Part shown: piece after piece, positions 31,314 through 42,500 of the stretch
Position numbering within the stretch: position 1 is the first letter of the stretch
Layout: each line of letters starts with the position of its first letter
IMG/VR virus record: IMGVR_UViG_3300037635_003078
DNA: 64,000 bases
Reading direction: 5' to 3' (one strand)
Origin: an uncultured virus (IMG/VR IMGVR_UViG_3300037635_003078)
Taxonomy: Duplodnaviria > Heunggongvirae > Uroviricota > Caudoviricetes
Program-made: the position numbers and the translations under genes
Notes under the pieces: generated by a model
Told to the model about the DNA's origin: nothing
What the model saw: only the letters and a program-made list of their open reading frames with translations
Database searches by the model: none

Positions 31314-32408
31314 ATGGCAACATGGAAAAAGGTCATTGTATCCGGTAGTAATATCTCGGATTTAAAAAATGACTCAAATTATTTATCAAGCGCAGGTGAT
31401 GGAATTATATCAGCATCATCTGTAAGTTCTACCGCTCAAGGTGAGTTTACCTCATCATTCAATGGTGTACTAACTGAACTTAACTTAGGATTAACATCAA
31501 CTGATGATGTTCAATTCAACTCTGTAACTGCATCAATTCAAGGTAATGTTGTTGGTGATGTAGTTGGTAATCTAACTGGTACTGCATCTTATGTAGATGG
31601 TGATGATGTTAACTTCGATGCGACTGGTAATGGTCAAACTGCAACTGAGTTCTCTGCATCTATCTCAGGTCGTATCTTAGGTCTTGAACAAGGACAATAT
31701 GACTTAGAGTTCTCTGGTTCGACTGGAGATGGTACAATTACTGATGCTGAACACCTTAGTATCTTAGGTGGTACAAACGTAGATACAGTAGCAGCCGGTA
31801 ACAGCCTTACTATTAACTTGGATGATACTATTAGTCTAAGTCAAGTAACTGCATCTATCGTATCTGCAAGTAATGGGTTTATTGGTGACTTAACAGGTGA
31901 TGTAACGGGTAATGCTGACACTGCGACTACCTCATCTTATGTAGCTGCATCTTCACCATCACAAGGTACAGTAACAATTACTGGTAACGACATTGACTTG
32001 GGTCTTCAAGTAGCTGATTCGCCTGTATTCGCCGATTTAAGACTTACGGGTAATCTTACAGTTGAAGGTACAAGAACTGAATTGAACGTAGCAAACTTGA
32101 ACGTAGAAGACGCATTCATTTTATTGAATTCTGGTTCAGCTAGTGGTGATACCGGTATCATTTTCGGTGGTGCTAACACTACTAATATCAATACTGGTTC
32201 AGCTATATTCTATGATGATAGTGATTCAGTATTTTCTTACGCTGCAGATGTTGAAGCGGGTGACGTTACAGCAACAGCTGCATCTAAATTAGGTAACATC
32301 CAAGTAATGGCTGGTGCTGGTTCTCATAATATGGCCGCAGCAACATTCCAAGGTGTGGGTACTATCGCTGTAGATAATGGTGAGTGTATTTGGATTCAAA
32401 CAGCGTAA
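31314..32408 (+). CDS. Tail-fibre-like protein
   Basis: MATWKKVIVSGS start; GDLTGDVTGNADTAT and LTGNLTVEG...LNVED fibre motifs. Confidence 0.65.
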   Translation: MATWKKVIVSGSNISDLKNDSNYLSSAGDGIISASSVSSTAQGEFTSSFNGVLTELNLGLTSTDDVQFNSVTASIQGNVVGDVVGNLTGTASYVDGDDVNFDATGNGQTATEFSASISGRILGLEQGQYDLEFSGSTGDGTITDAEHLSILGGTNVDTVAAGNSLTINLDDTISLSQVTASIVSASNGFIGDLTGDVTGNADTATTSSYVAASSPSQGTVTITGNDIDLGLQVADSPVFADLRLTGNLTVEGTRTELNVANLNVEDAFILLNSGSASGDTGIIFGGANTTNINTGSAIFYDDSDSVFSYAADVEAGDVTATAASKLGNIQVMAGAGSHNMAAATFQGVGTIAVDNGECIWIQTA

Positions 32409-32432
32409 TTTATTAATGTTGAAAAGGTTATA

Positions 32433-32628
32433 TATGAGTTTACATAAAAAGTTGGGATTGTCCAACAATAAAACTCAAAATGATAAAGAGGGAACCCTCA
32501 AGCTCACTAAGGGTGAGCTTGAGTCCCTTCTTATCGGATTGGGTGAAGCTTCATTTAAAGGTAAGCAAGTTGAGTCAGTATTCAAACTAGCTATGAAGAT
32601 TCAAAACGAAATTAAAAAATTAAGTTAA
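32433..32628 (+). CDS. Small hypothetical protein (possible fibre chaperone); start uncertain
   Basis: MSLHKKLG...FKGKQVE; resembles the next ORF (IRGKEAP). Confidence 0.5.
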
Positions 32629-32635
32629 TTTAATT

Positions 32636-32827
32636 ATGAAAAGTTACGAAGGATTAAATGCAAGTGATTGGAAGATAGTCCAAATTGCATTAAACAAAAT
32701 GGAAATTCGTGGTAAGGAAGCGCCTATAATCACAGGTATAATGGCAAAAGTTCAAATGGAACTTGAATTATTAGAATTACCCGTAAGTGAACGCCCTAAA
32801 AAGGGTGACATCATTACAAAGGAATAA
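32636..32827 (+). CDS. Small hypothetical protein (possible fibre chaperone)
   Basis: 63 aa, followed by a terminator. Confidence 0.6.
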   Translation: MKSYEGLNASDWKIVQIALNKMEIRGKEAPIITGIMAKVQMELELLELPVSERPKKGDIITKE

Positions 32828-32833
32828 TTTAAG

Positions 32834-32862
32834 AATCCTCTACAAAAGTAGGGGATTTTTTT
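32834..32862 (+). terminator. Intrinsic terminator
   Basis: AATCCTCTAC AAAA GTAGGGGATT followed by a T run. Confidence 0.85.
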
Positions 32863-32951
32863 ATTATAAACCAATCTACTACCAAATCTGAATTATCTAT
32901 GTGGTTTTTATTTTATAGTAAACTATTTATAAGAGATTAATCAAACATAAA

Positions 32952-33009
32952 CCTGGTTGTTGGCTCGAAAGAGAAGTGGGCATGAAAATGTTACCAACCG
33001 CAAATTAGG
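32952..33009 (+). ncRNA. Candidate structured cis-regulatory RNA in a 5' UTR
   Basis: Multi-stem junction with two GAAA-capped hairpins between the late motif (32924) and ATG (33018). Confidence 0.45.
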
Positions 33010-33017
33010 AAAAGGAT

Positions 33018-34925
33018 ATGCCGAATTGGAAAAAAGTCATCACTTCCGGTAGTGATGCAATTTTAAATCAAATTACATCATCAGGTGGAATAAACTCCAC
33101 CGATATTACAATCAATGATTGGGGAAGTGTATCAGCTTCATTAGCATCATTGGATACATTAACCTATGGTGATTCTGATGTCAAACTCAAATTAAATACT
33201 GAAGGTGTACTTAGTGGGTCTACATTCTCATCACCATCTCAAGGTACTGTTAGAGCTACCATAAATGGTGTTAATTCTGATGTAGATACTGGCTTACAAT
33301 CCGCAGATTCACCTACATTTGATAGTTTAACATTAACAGGTGACCTTACAGTATTAGGTAGTAAAGTAGACCTACAAGTAGCTGAACTTAATGTTCAAGA
33401 TAAATTTATAAAAATAGCAAGTGGGTCAGCTAATCCTACGGCCGCTAACGGTGCAGGTATTTATATTGATGGGGCTGATGTGTCTTTACATTGGTCTAGT
33501 ACCAATAGTAGATTTCAATTTGACGATGACCTACATACAGCAGCAACTCTTAACATTGGTAACGTAAACCACGCAACAACTGATACTGACAAGTTTTTGG
33601 TATTAGACTCTAATGGTGACGTAGACTATCGTACCGGCACTGAGGTCCTTTCAGATATTGGTGGTACTGGTGCTTCTAACCTTAGTGGTGCAGCAACTGA
33701 GATTCCATTCTTTAGTTCAACAAGTGCTATAACGAGTTCAGTTCGGTTAAAGTTAAATAAAAATATAACTACCGGTGATGTGTTAGTACACCATGGTCAG
33801 TTTAATGTAATCAATGACCCAAGTGTTTCGGGAACATCTGCAATGCAGATTATTGTGGGTTCTGGTTCAAGTGGTGATGTTTCAAATCCACAATATGATT
33901 CGTTCCTATCAATGGAACAAGAAAGTGCTACCATAGTAGGTCTTAGAGCACATGGTACAACACCAACATCAGCTCAAATTAAAATGAGAACTGATGTTAG
34001 TGATGCTTATTCGATTGGTAGACTAACAAACCCATATGGTGCAAATACTCTTAGAATAAAACCAGCTATTATTGCTGAAGGTGGTCTTTCTATAACTGGA
34101 TCATTAACTATATCGGGTTCTAATACATTAAAAAATATCGGACCAGCACAATTTAGTGGTTCGGTTAATATTAAAACAGATAAGCAAGTACAAGCAACAA
34201 CTGATACTGACAAGTTTGTTGTATTGGATGGTGACCAACTTAAATATAGAAGTGGTACGCAATTATATGATGATATAGGTGTTACTTCACTATCATCATC
34301 AATTGCAAGTGATATTGCTGGGCTTGATGCTGCTAGTGGTAATTACGTTATAAATGATACTGGAGCATCATCTAATAGATTAGCTATTTGGTCTAATACT
34401 GCCCGAATTAAAGGTGATTCTGCTTTTAAAATCCTCGAAAATAAATATGGTCAAGGTTTTCAATTTGACCAATGGGGTGGTAACCAAGTTGATACACTTA
34501 AATCACCGGCCTTCAAAGGGAATGGTTTGGAACTTGGAGATAATATCCCTGGAACCCCAGCACCATTCACAGCGTCTCTCACAATTCATACAAATCACGG
34601 AAACACTAGCAACTCAGTAGAAAAAACAGCTGAAGGTCATCAGTATGGAGTAGGCACTCATGTAATTTATCAAAAAGTGGGTTCGTCTTTCCATATACAT
34701 TACAATATTTCAGAGGGTAGTGCAATGCGTTCTGGACAATTAACTATTGTTGTTAGTGGTAACGAGGTAGCGATGACCGAATATAGTACAACTGATATTG
34801 GAACTGGAAGTTCAAGTCCAGCTCAATTCTCAGCAACAGCATCTAACGGTGTGTTAACATTATCGATAACATCCGCCGGTGGTGGAACTATTTTGTTTAA
34901 CGTAGAACGTATGTATAGTATATAA
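33018..34925 (+). CDS. Tail-fibre-like protein
   Basis: MPNWKKVITSGS start, segments shared with 31314..32408; two TDTDKF(L/V)VLD modules. Confidence 0.65.
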   Translation: MPNWKKVITSGSDAILNQITSSGGINSTDITINDWGSVSASLASLDTLTYGDSDVKLKLNTEGVLSGSTFSSPSQGTVRATINGVNSDVDTGLQSADSPTFDSLTLTGDLTVLGSKVDLQVAELNVQDKFIKIASGSANPTAANGAGIYIDGADVSLHWSSTNSRFQFDDDLHTAATLNIGNVNHATTDTDKFLVLDSNGDVDYRTGTEVLSDIGGTGASNLSGAATEIPFFSSTSAITSSVRLKLNKNITTGDVLVHHGQFNVINDPSVSGTSAMQIIVGSGSSGDVSNPQYDSFLSMEQESATIVGLRAHGTTPTSAQIKMRTDVSDAYSIGRLTNPYGANTLRIKPAIIAEGGLSITGSLTISGSNTLKNIGPAQFSGSVNIKTDKQVQATTDTDKFVVLDGDQLKYRSGTQLYDDIGVTSLSSSIASDIAGLDAASGNYVINDTGASSNRLAIWSNTARIKGDSAFKILENKYGQGFQFDQWGGNQVDTLKSPAFKGNGLELGDNIPGTPAPFTASLTIHTNHGNTSNSVEKTAEGHQYGVGTHVIYQKVGSSFHIHYNISEGSAMRSGQLTIVVSGNEVAMTEYSTTDIGTGSSSPAQFSATASNGVLTLSITSAGGGTILFNVERMYSI

Positions 34926-34973
34926 AATAAATTAAATCCTAAGTTTGGAAAGTGAAAAACACGAGGAAATAAA

Positions 34974-35753
34974 ATGTCAAATAAATTTGTAATAAAGAAT
35001 GGACTTAAAGTACAATCAGGTGGTATAAACACCACTGGTGATTTATCTATTACAGGTTCATTAGTAGTAACTGGAACACTAACGGCTGAGTCTTATATAG
35101 TAAGTTCCTCTGTAACACATAAGACTACCACATTTAGTAGTGGGTCAACCCAATTTGGTGATACTTCTAATGATACCCATGGATTTACCGGGTCAATGGA
35201 TGTAACTCAACAAATTACTACACCGGATATAAAATTAACTGGATTAAGTAATGCAGGTGTTGATACTGATAAGTTCTTAGTATTAGACTCAAATAGTAAT
35301 GTAGATTTTAGAACTGGTACTCAAGTACGTTCTGATATAGGTGCTGTAGCTATTGGTAATGAAATCCACCCAATACAATTGACAATAGATACGAAAAATT
35401 CACCTTTTGGTTATGTCGCATTTTCAGGATTATCTGATATACAATCACTCCCTAATAGAGCATTCACTACCTTTATAGCACCATGTACTGGTTACATCGA
35501 AGATATAATTGTATCACCCGAACAAACTAATTCAGTTCAGGACGATTGTGATATTTCACTATATAATGGTGGTTCGCAACAATCCTCTACAAATACGGAA
35601 ACGTTACAAAGTGCAGGTACTAATGTAACCTTTAACTTTGGGGCTTCAAATTACTCATTTAGTAACGGAGATAGATTGAGTCTTGAATTTGATAAAAAAA
35701 CTAATACTTCTGAATTGTACAATATGATGATTGTACTTAGGTTAACAAGTTAA
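34974..35753 (+). CDS. Fibre-associated virion protein
   Basis: SGSTQFGDTSNDTHGFTGS motif; DTDKFLVLDSN module shared with the upstream gene. Confidence 0.6.
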   Translation: MSNKFVIKNGLKVQSGGINTTGDLSITGSLVVTGTLTAESYIVSSSVTHKTTTFSSGSTQFGDTSNDTHGFTGSMDVTQQITTPDIKLTGLSNAGVDTDKFLVLDSNSNVDFRTGTQVRSDIGAVAIGNEIHPIQLTIDTKNSPFGYVAFSGLSDIQSLPNRAFTTFIAPCTGYIEDIIVSPEQTNSVQDDCDISLYNGGSQQSSTNTETLQSAGTNVTFNFGASNYSFSNGDRLSLEFDKKTNTSELYNMMIVLRLTS

Positions 35754-35766
35754 GGGATAAAGTAAT

Positions 35767-38700
35767 ATGGAATTAATACACGGTTTACATAAAGATACCT
35801 TAATAGACATCAATGGGAGTCTCCAAAATATTGGTGACATACAACCGGGTGACGTAGTAAAAGGTTTTGAAATAAAAAGTGGTGTCGTAAGAGACAATAA
35901 AGTTGTTTGGGTAAAAACATCAACAATCGGCTCTTACATTGAATTCACCCTTTCAGATGGTTCTAACGTAAAATCATCAGTTGATGCTAAAATCTTAACC
36001 CTAATGGGTGAGTGGGTTTCACCAATAAATGCATTCAACAAACAAAAAGAATTACACAACGACCTACACATTACCTCATTAAGGTATGTAGAAGAATCGT
36101 TAGATATTATAAGTATAGAGGTAGAGCCTGACCACAATTACTATGTAGGTAAATTACTATTCCACAATACGGGTCCAACTGGTCCAGCTGGTCTAAAGGG
36201 TCAAAAAGGAGAAGCTGGTAATAAAGGTGTTACTGGAGCTCAAGGACCTCAAGGTGCACAGGGTCAAAAGGGAGCTACTGGTTCACAAGGACCTGGTGGT
36301 TCTACCGGCCCAACCGGACCTCAAGGCCCAACTGGTAACAATGGTGTAACTGGTCCTAAAGGTGCAACTGGCCCAACCGGCCCCAAAGGTTCAACAGGCC
36401 CTCAAGGTGGAACAGGCCCTCAAGGTGCTAAAGGTGTAAACGGACCTACTGGTTTAACTGGCCCTCAAGGTGCTCAAGGGAATGCCGGTCCTAAAGGTCA
36501 AAAAGGAGCTACTGGCTCACAAGGTGGAACTGGTGCTACAGGTGGAAAGGGTTCCACTGGTTCAAAAGGACCACAAGGTGCTGATGGCCCTCAAGGTGCT
36601 AAAGGCCCACAAGGTGCTACTGGCCCACAAGGTGATAAAGGTCAAAAAGGTGCAACTGGCTCAACCGGTCCTCAAGGTGGAGTAGGTCCACAGGGTGGAG
36701 CAGGCCCACAAGGTGCTACTGGCCCACAAGGTGGAACTGGTCCAACAGGCCCTAAAGGTCAAAAAGGAGCTACCGGCTCACAAGGTGGAACTGGCGCAAC
36801 AGGTCCTCAAGGTGCTGATGGTCCTCAAGGTGCAACTGGCCCTAAAGGTGCTACTGGCCCACAAGGTGCTACTGGCCCACAAGGTGGAAAAGGTCAAAAA
36901 GGAGCTACCGGCTCACAAGGTGGAAAAGGTTCACAAGGTGCTAAAGGTGTAAACGGACCTACTGGTTTAACTGGCCCTCAAGGTGCTCAAGGAAATCCCG
37001 GCCCTAAAGGTGCAACAGGAGCTACTGGCTCACAAGGTGGAACTGGTGCTCAAGGTGGAAAAGGTTCTACTGGCTCAACTGGCCCACAAGGTGCTGCTGG
37101 CCCACAAGGTGCTAAAGGCCCACAAGGTGCTACTGGCCCACAAGGTGGAAAAGGTCAAAAAGGTGCAACTGGTTCAACCGGTCCTCAAGGTGGGGTAGGT
37201 CCTCAAGGTGGAGCAGGCCCACAAGGTGCTACTGGCCCACAAGGTGATACTGGCCCAACAGGCCCTAAAGGTCAAAAAGGAGCTACCGGCTCACAAGGTG
37301 CAACTGGCCCAACAGGACCTCAAGGTGCTGATGGTCCTCAAGGTGTAACTGGCCCTCAAGGTGCTACTGGCCCTCAAGGTGCTACTGGCCCACAAGGTGG
37401 AAAGGGTCAAAAAGGAGCTACCGGCTCACAAGGTGGAAAAGGTTCACAAGGTGCTAAAGGTATAAACGGACCTACTGGTTTAACTGGCCCTCAAGGTGCT
37501 CAAGGAAATCCTGGCCCTAAAGGTCAAAAAGGAGCTACTGGCTCACAAGGTGGAACTGGTGCTCAAGGTGGAAAAGGTTCTACTGGCTCAACTGGCCCAC
37601 AAGGTGCTGCTGGCCCACAAGGTGATAAAGGTCCACAAGGTGCTACTGGCCCACAAGGTGATAAAGGTCAAAAAGGTGGAACTGGCTCAACAGGCCCTCA
37701 AGGTGGAGTGGGTCCTCAGGGTGGAGCAGGCCCACAAGGTGCTACTGGCCCACAAGGTGATACTGGCCCAACCGGTCCTAAAGGTCAAAAAGGAGCTACT
37801 GGCTCACAAGGTGCAACTGGTCCAACAGGACCTCAAGGTGCTGATGGTCCTCAAGGTGCAACTGGCCCTCAAGGTGCTACTGGCCCTCAAGGTGCTACTG
37901 GCCCACAAGGTGGAAAGGGTCAAAAAGGAGCTACCGGCTCACAAGGTGGAAAAGGTTCACAAGGTGCTAAAGGTGTAAACGGACCTACTGGTTTAACTGG
38001 CCCTCAAGGTGCTCAAGGAAATCCCGGCCCTAAAGGTGCAACAGGAGCTACTGGCTCACAAGGTGGGACTGGTGCTCAAGGTGGAAAAGGTTCTACTGGC
38101 TCAACTGGCCCACAAGGTGCTGCTGGCCCACAAGGTGCTAAAGGTCCACAAGGTGCTACTGGCCCACAAGGTGATAAAGGTCAAAAAGGTGGAACTGGCT
38201 CAACAGGCCCTCAAGGTGTAGTAGGTCCTCAAGGTCAAACAGGCCCTCAAGGTGGGACAGGCCCACAAGGTGATACTGGCCCAACAGGCCCTAAAGGTCA
38301 AAAAGGAGCTACTGGCTCACAAGGTGCAACTGGCGCAACCGGTCCTCAAGGTGATACCGGCCCACAAGGTGCGGTAGGTCCAACCGGTCCAACTCAACCA
38401 AAAGGTCAAAAGGGAGCTACTGGCTCACAAGGTGCAACTGGTCCAACAGGACCTCAAGGTGCTGATGGCCCTCAAGGTGCAACTGGCCCACAAGGTGATA
38501 AAGGCCCACAAGGTGCTACTGGCCCACAAGGTGATAAAGGTCAAAAAGGTGGAACAGGCGCAGATGGTGGTAAAGGTCAACAAGGTGACCAAGGTGCTCA
38601 AGGTTTAACAGGTGGAACAGGCCCACAAGGTGACCAAGGTGCTCAAGGTGATACCGGCCCTCAAGGTGATAAAGGTCAAAAAGGTCAAACTGGCCCTCAA

Positions 38701-39501
38701 GGTGCTGATGGCCCTCAAGGTGCTGATGGCCCTCAAGGTGCTACTGGCCCACAAGGTGATAAAGGTCCTCAAGGTGTAACTGGCCCACAAGGTGATAAAG
38801 GTCAAAAAGGTCAAACCGGCCCAGATGGTGAAAAGGGTCAACAAGGTGACCAAGGTGCAACTGGTCCAACTGGTGGAACAGGCCCACAAGGTGACCAAGG
38901 TGCTCAAGGTGATACCGGCCCTCAAGGTGATAAAGGTCAAAAAGGTCAAACTGGCCCTCAAGGTGCTGATGGCCCTCAAGGTGCTGATGGCCCTCAAGGT
39001 GCTACTGGCCCACAAGGTGATAAAGGTCCTCAAGGTGTAACTGGCCCACAAGGTGATAAAGGTCAAAAAGGTCAAACCGGCCCAGATGGTGAAAAGGGTC
39101 AACAAGGTGACCAAGGTGCAACTGGTCCAACTGGTGGAACAGGCCCACAAGGTGACCAAGGTGCTCAAGGTGATACCGGCCCTCAAGGTGATAAAGGTCA
39201 AAAAGGTATAACTGGCCCTCAAGGTGTTGCTGGCCCTCAAGGTGATACTGGTTCCCAAGGTAATGTGGGTCCTCAAGGTGATAAAGGTCAAAAAGGTCAA
39301 ACTGGATTTGAAGGTGCTAAAGGTCAAAAAGGTCAAACCGGCCTACAAGGCTCTAAAGGTCAAAAAGGTATTTCTGCTCTTGGTACACTAATTAGTGGTG
39401 TATCACCTGGATTGACGTGGGATACTACAAGAGGTGTACTTAAATTTAATAATGGTGGTAGTACTTATGTACTTCATATGTACGTAAGTGGTTCATACTA
39501 A
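35767..39501 (+). CDS. Collagen-like fibre protein 1 with N-terminal Hint domain
   Basis: aa 1-134 Hint-like ([10 protein letters not shown] ... [19 protein letters not shown]); about 1065 aa of Gly-X-Y; short C-terminal domain. Confidence 0.9.
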   Translation: MELIHGLHKDTLIDINGSLQNIGDIQPGDVVKGFEIKSGVVRDNKVVWVKTSTIGSYIEFTLSDGSNVKSSVDAKILTLMGEWVSPINAFNKQKELHNDLHITSLRYVEESLDIISIEVEPDHNYYVGKLLFHNTGPTGPAGLKGQKGEAGNKGVTGAQGPQGAQGQKGATGSQGPGGSTGPTGPQGPTGNNGVTGPKGATGPTGPKGSTGPQGGTGPQGAKGVNGPTGLTGPQGAQGNAGPKGQKGATGSQGGTGATGGKGSTGSKGPQGADGPQGAKGPQGATGPQGDKGQKGATGSTGPQGGVGPQGGAGPQGATGPQGGTGPTGPKGQKGATGSQGGTGATGPQGADGPQGATGPKGATGPQGATGPQGGKGQKGATGSQGGKGSQGAKGVNGPTGLTGPQGAQGNPGPKGATGATGSQGGTGAQGGKGSTGSTGPQGAAGPQGAKGPQGATGPQGGKGQKGATGSTGPQGGVGPQGGAGPQGATGPQGDTGPTGPKGQKGATGSQGATGPTGPQGADGPQGVTGPQGATGPQGATGPQGGKGQKGATGSQGGKGSQGAKGINGPTGLTGPQGAQGNPGPKGQKGATGSQGGTGAQGGKGSTGSTGPQGAAGPQGDKGPQGATGPQGDKGQKGGTGSTGPQGGVGPQGGAGPQGATGPQGDTGPTGPKGQKGATGSQGATGPTGPQGADGPQGATGPQGATGPQGATGPQGGKGQKGATGSQGGKGSQGAKGVNGPTGLTGPQGAQGNPGPKGATGATGSQGGTGAQGGKGSTGSTGPQGAAGPQGAKGPQGATGPQGDKGQKGGTGSTGPQGVVGPQGQTGPQGGTGPQGDTGPTGPKGQKGATGSQGATGATGPQGDTGPQGAVGPTGPTQPKGQKGATGSQGATGPTGPQGADGPQGATGPQGDKGPQGATGPQGDKGQKGGTGADGGKGQQGDQGAQGLTGGTGPQGDQGAQGDTGPQGDKGQKGQTGPQGADGPQGADGPQGATGPQGDKGPQGVTGPQGDKGQKGQTGPDGEKGQQGDQGATGPTGGTGPQGDQGAQGDTGPQGDKGQKGQTGPQGADGPQGADGPQGATGPQGDKGPQGVTGPQGDKGQKGQTGPDGEKGQQGDQGATGPTGGTGPQGDQGAQGDTGPQGDKGQKGITGPQGVAGPQGDTGSQGNVGPQGDKGQKGQTGFEGAKGQKGQTGLQGSKGQKGISALGTLISGVSPGLTWDTTRGVLKFNNGGSTYVLHMYVSGSY
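36300..38300 (+). repeat. 513-nt (171 aa) tandem repeat, about 4 copies; boundaries approximate
   Basis: GGACCTACTGGTTTAACTGGCCCTCAAGG at 36442, 36955, 37468, 37981. Confidence 0.9.
38460..39240 (+). repeat. 261-nt (87 aa) tandem repeat, about 3 copies; boundaries approximate
   Basis: (G/C)CAGATGGTG anchors at 38560, 38821, 39082. Confidence 0.9.
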
Positions 39502-39519
39502 TATAGATAAACAAGTAAT

Positions 39520-42500
39520 ATGGCAGGATTAAATACACAACTCGTAAGATTACCAAATAGTTCATCAGTTACGATTAACACTCTACAAAGTGGGTCATCA
39601 GTAAGTGGTGTTGTATTACCAGGTTTAGGTTTAAATGAACAAGACTTTAGAAATTGGTCTTCTACTGATATATCTTCAACCTCACTTGGCGTAGCCAGTG
39701 TTGTATTTGAAGCAACCCATAGTGGTAGTGTCATCGAATTCAATAGTGGTGACCTTACAGTATCACAACATCAAAAAATCTTAATTAAAGATTCGAGTGG
39801 TTCGTATTACTTTACACCTGCTAATACTGTTAATTTAAATTCTGATTATTTAGTAAAGTACACCGATAGTGGTATAGTTGAAGAACTAATCACTTCAGCA
39901 TACGAAATACAAAACCAATCCATACATACCATTGCTATTGAAGACATTGACGTTTACTTAGCAGATGGATACATAGTTCATAATCCACCTGGATATAATA
40001 TTTTCAGTTGTGACCCAGCTACCGGCTATATGTACTATGGTGATAGATTTATGCTTGATGTAGATCCTGGCCCAAACTCTTTGCTTTGTTACGAGGCTGT
40101 ATTCGATGAAGTAGGTACTATTCCAGATAGAGCTCCCGACAATTGTGTATTTACAGGCAACCCTGTCGAGGAAGCTTCCTTTGGTATCGTTCTTGCAGAA
40201 CAATGTGGTGATTCTCCTTTTGGCGATACGGATACTTCACCGGGTCCTGCCGGTCTAGCAGGACAAAAGGGTCAAAAAGGTAATGATAATAAGGGGTATA
40301 AAGGTAGTACTGGTGGTCAAGGTCCTAATGGATTAGAAGGAGCAAAAGGTTCAACTGGCGCACAAGGTCCTACTGGTGGACAAGGTCCTACTGGTCCCCA
40401 AGGTGCATCAGGTTCAACGGGACCTCAAGGGCCAAAAGGTTCAGCCGGCCCATCTCCTGGTGGTGACCAAGGTGCAACTGGCCCCACCGGTCCTCAAGGT
40501 AATTCCGGAAACCAAGGTCCTAAAGGTGTTCAAGGCCCACAAGGTGCAGTTGGTCCATCACCTGCAGGTCAAAAAGGTGCAACTGGCCCACAAGGTGCTC
40601 AAGGACCATCTGGTGGTGTCGGAGACGTTGGTGCAGCTGGTTCTAAAGGTGTTCAAGGCCCACAAGGTGATGAAGGTGCAGTAGGTGCATCACCAAAAGG
40701 TGCTGCTGGTCAAAAGGGAGCTACTGGTTCAACCGGCCCTAAAGGTGTTCAAGGTCCTAAAGGTGTACAAGGCCCTAAAGGTGTTCAAGGTCCTAAAGGT
40801 GTAAATGGACCATCGCCAGCAGGTCAAAAAGGAGCTACCGGGTCCAAAGGAGATACTGGCCCTCAAGGCCCTAAAGGTATTCAAGGTCCTAAAGGTGTTC
40901 AAGGCCCACAAGGTGATGAAGGTGCCGTAGGTGCATCACCTAAAGGTCAAAAAGGTGAAACTGGTGCTACTGGCTCTAAAGGAGATACTGGCCCACAAGG
41001 TAATTCAGGAAATCAAGGTCCTAAAGGTGTTCAAGGCCCACAAGGTGCAGTTGGTCCATCACCTGCAGGCCAAAAAGGTGCAACTGGCCCACAAGGTGCT
41101 GAAGGACCATCTGGTGCCAATGGTGATAAAGGTGTTCAAGGTCCTAAAGGTGTTCAAGGTGGAGTAGGTGATGAAGGTGCCGTAGGCGCATCACCTAAAG
41201 GTGCTGCTGGTCAAAAGGGAGCTACTGGTTCAACCGGCCCTAAAGGTGTTCAAGGTCCTAAAGGCGTTCAAGGCCCTAAAGGTGTTCAAGGTCCTAAAGG
41301 TAAAAATGGAGCATCACCAGCAGGTCAAAAAGGTGCTACTGGCCCTAAAGGAGATACTGGCCCTCAAGGCCCTAAAGGTATTCAAGGTCCCAAGGGTGTT
41401 CAAGGCCCACAAGGTGATGAAGGTGCAGTAGGTGCATCACCTAAAGGTCAAAAAGGTGAAACTGGTGCTACTGGCTCTAAAGGAGATACTGGCCCACAAG
41501 GTAATTCAGGAAATCAAGGTCCTAAAGGTGTTCAAGGCCCACAAGGTGCAGTTGGTCCATCACCTGCAGGCCAAAAAGGTGCAACTGGCCCACAAGGTGC
41601 TGAAGGACCATCTGGTGCCAATGGTGATAAAGGTGTTCAAGGTCCTAAAGGTGTTCAAGGTGGAGTAGGTGATGAAGGTGCCGTAGGCGCATCACCTAAA
41701 GGTGCTGCTGGTCAAAAGGGAGCTACTGGCCTTCAAGGTCCTGTTGGTGGTCAAGGTGAAGATGGTGTTCAAGGCCCTAAAGGTGTTCAAGGTCCTAAAG
41801 GTGTAAATGGTCCATCACCAGCAGGTCAAAAAGGAGCTACTGGCCCTAAAGGAGATACTGGCCCTCAAGGCCCACTTGGTGACCAAGGTCCTAAAGGTAT
41901 AACTGGCCCACAAGGTTCATCTGCTCCTGGTCAAAAAGGAGCTACTGGTCCTAAAGGAGATACTGGCCCGCAAGGCCCTAAAGGTGTTCAAGGCCCTAAA
42001 GGTGTTCAAGGTGGAGTAGGTGATGAAGGTGCAGTAGGTGAATCACCTAAAGGTCAAAAAGGTGAAACGGGTGCTCAAGGACCATCGGGTATTTCAGGTG
42101 ATAGTGGAAATAAAGGTATTCAAGGTTCTAAAGGTGTTCAAGGTCCTAAAGGTATAAAAGGTATAATTGGATTATCACCTAAAGGTCAAAAAGGTGAAAC
42201 TGGCGGTCAAGGTCCTAAAGGTGTTCAAGGTCCTAAAGGCGTTCAAGGCCCTAAAGGTGTTCAAGGTGGAGTAGGTGATGAAGGTGCAGTAGGTGAATCA
42301 CCTAAAGGTCAAAAAGGTGAAACGGGTGCTCAAGGACCATCAGGTATTTCAGGTGATAGTGGTGATAAGGGTGTTCAAGGTTCTAAAGGTATTCAAGGTC
42401 CTAAAGGTATAAAGGGTATAATTGGATTATCACCTAAAGGTCAAAAAGGTGAAACTGGTGGTCAAGGTCCTAAAGGTGTTCAAGGTCCTAAAGGCGTTCA

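Noticed and set aside
32952..33009. tRNA or hammerhead ribozyme
   Set aside because: No T-loop or cloverleaf and no CUGANGA core.
35767..39984. Canonical mobile inteins
   Set aside because: No N-extein, no Cys/Ser at position 1, no homing endonuclease; the second is followed by Pro.
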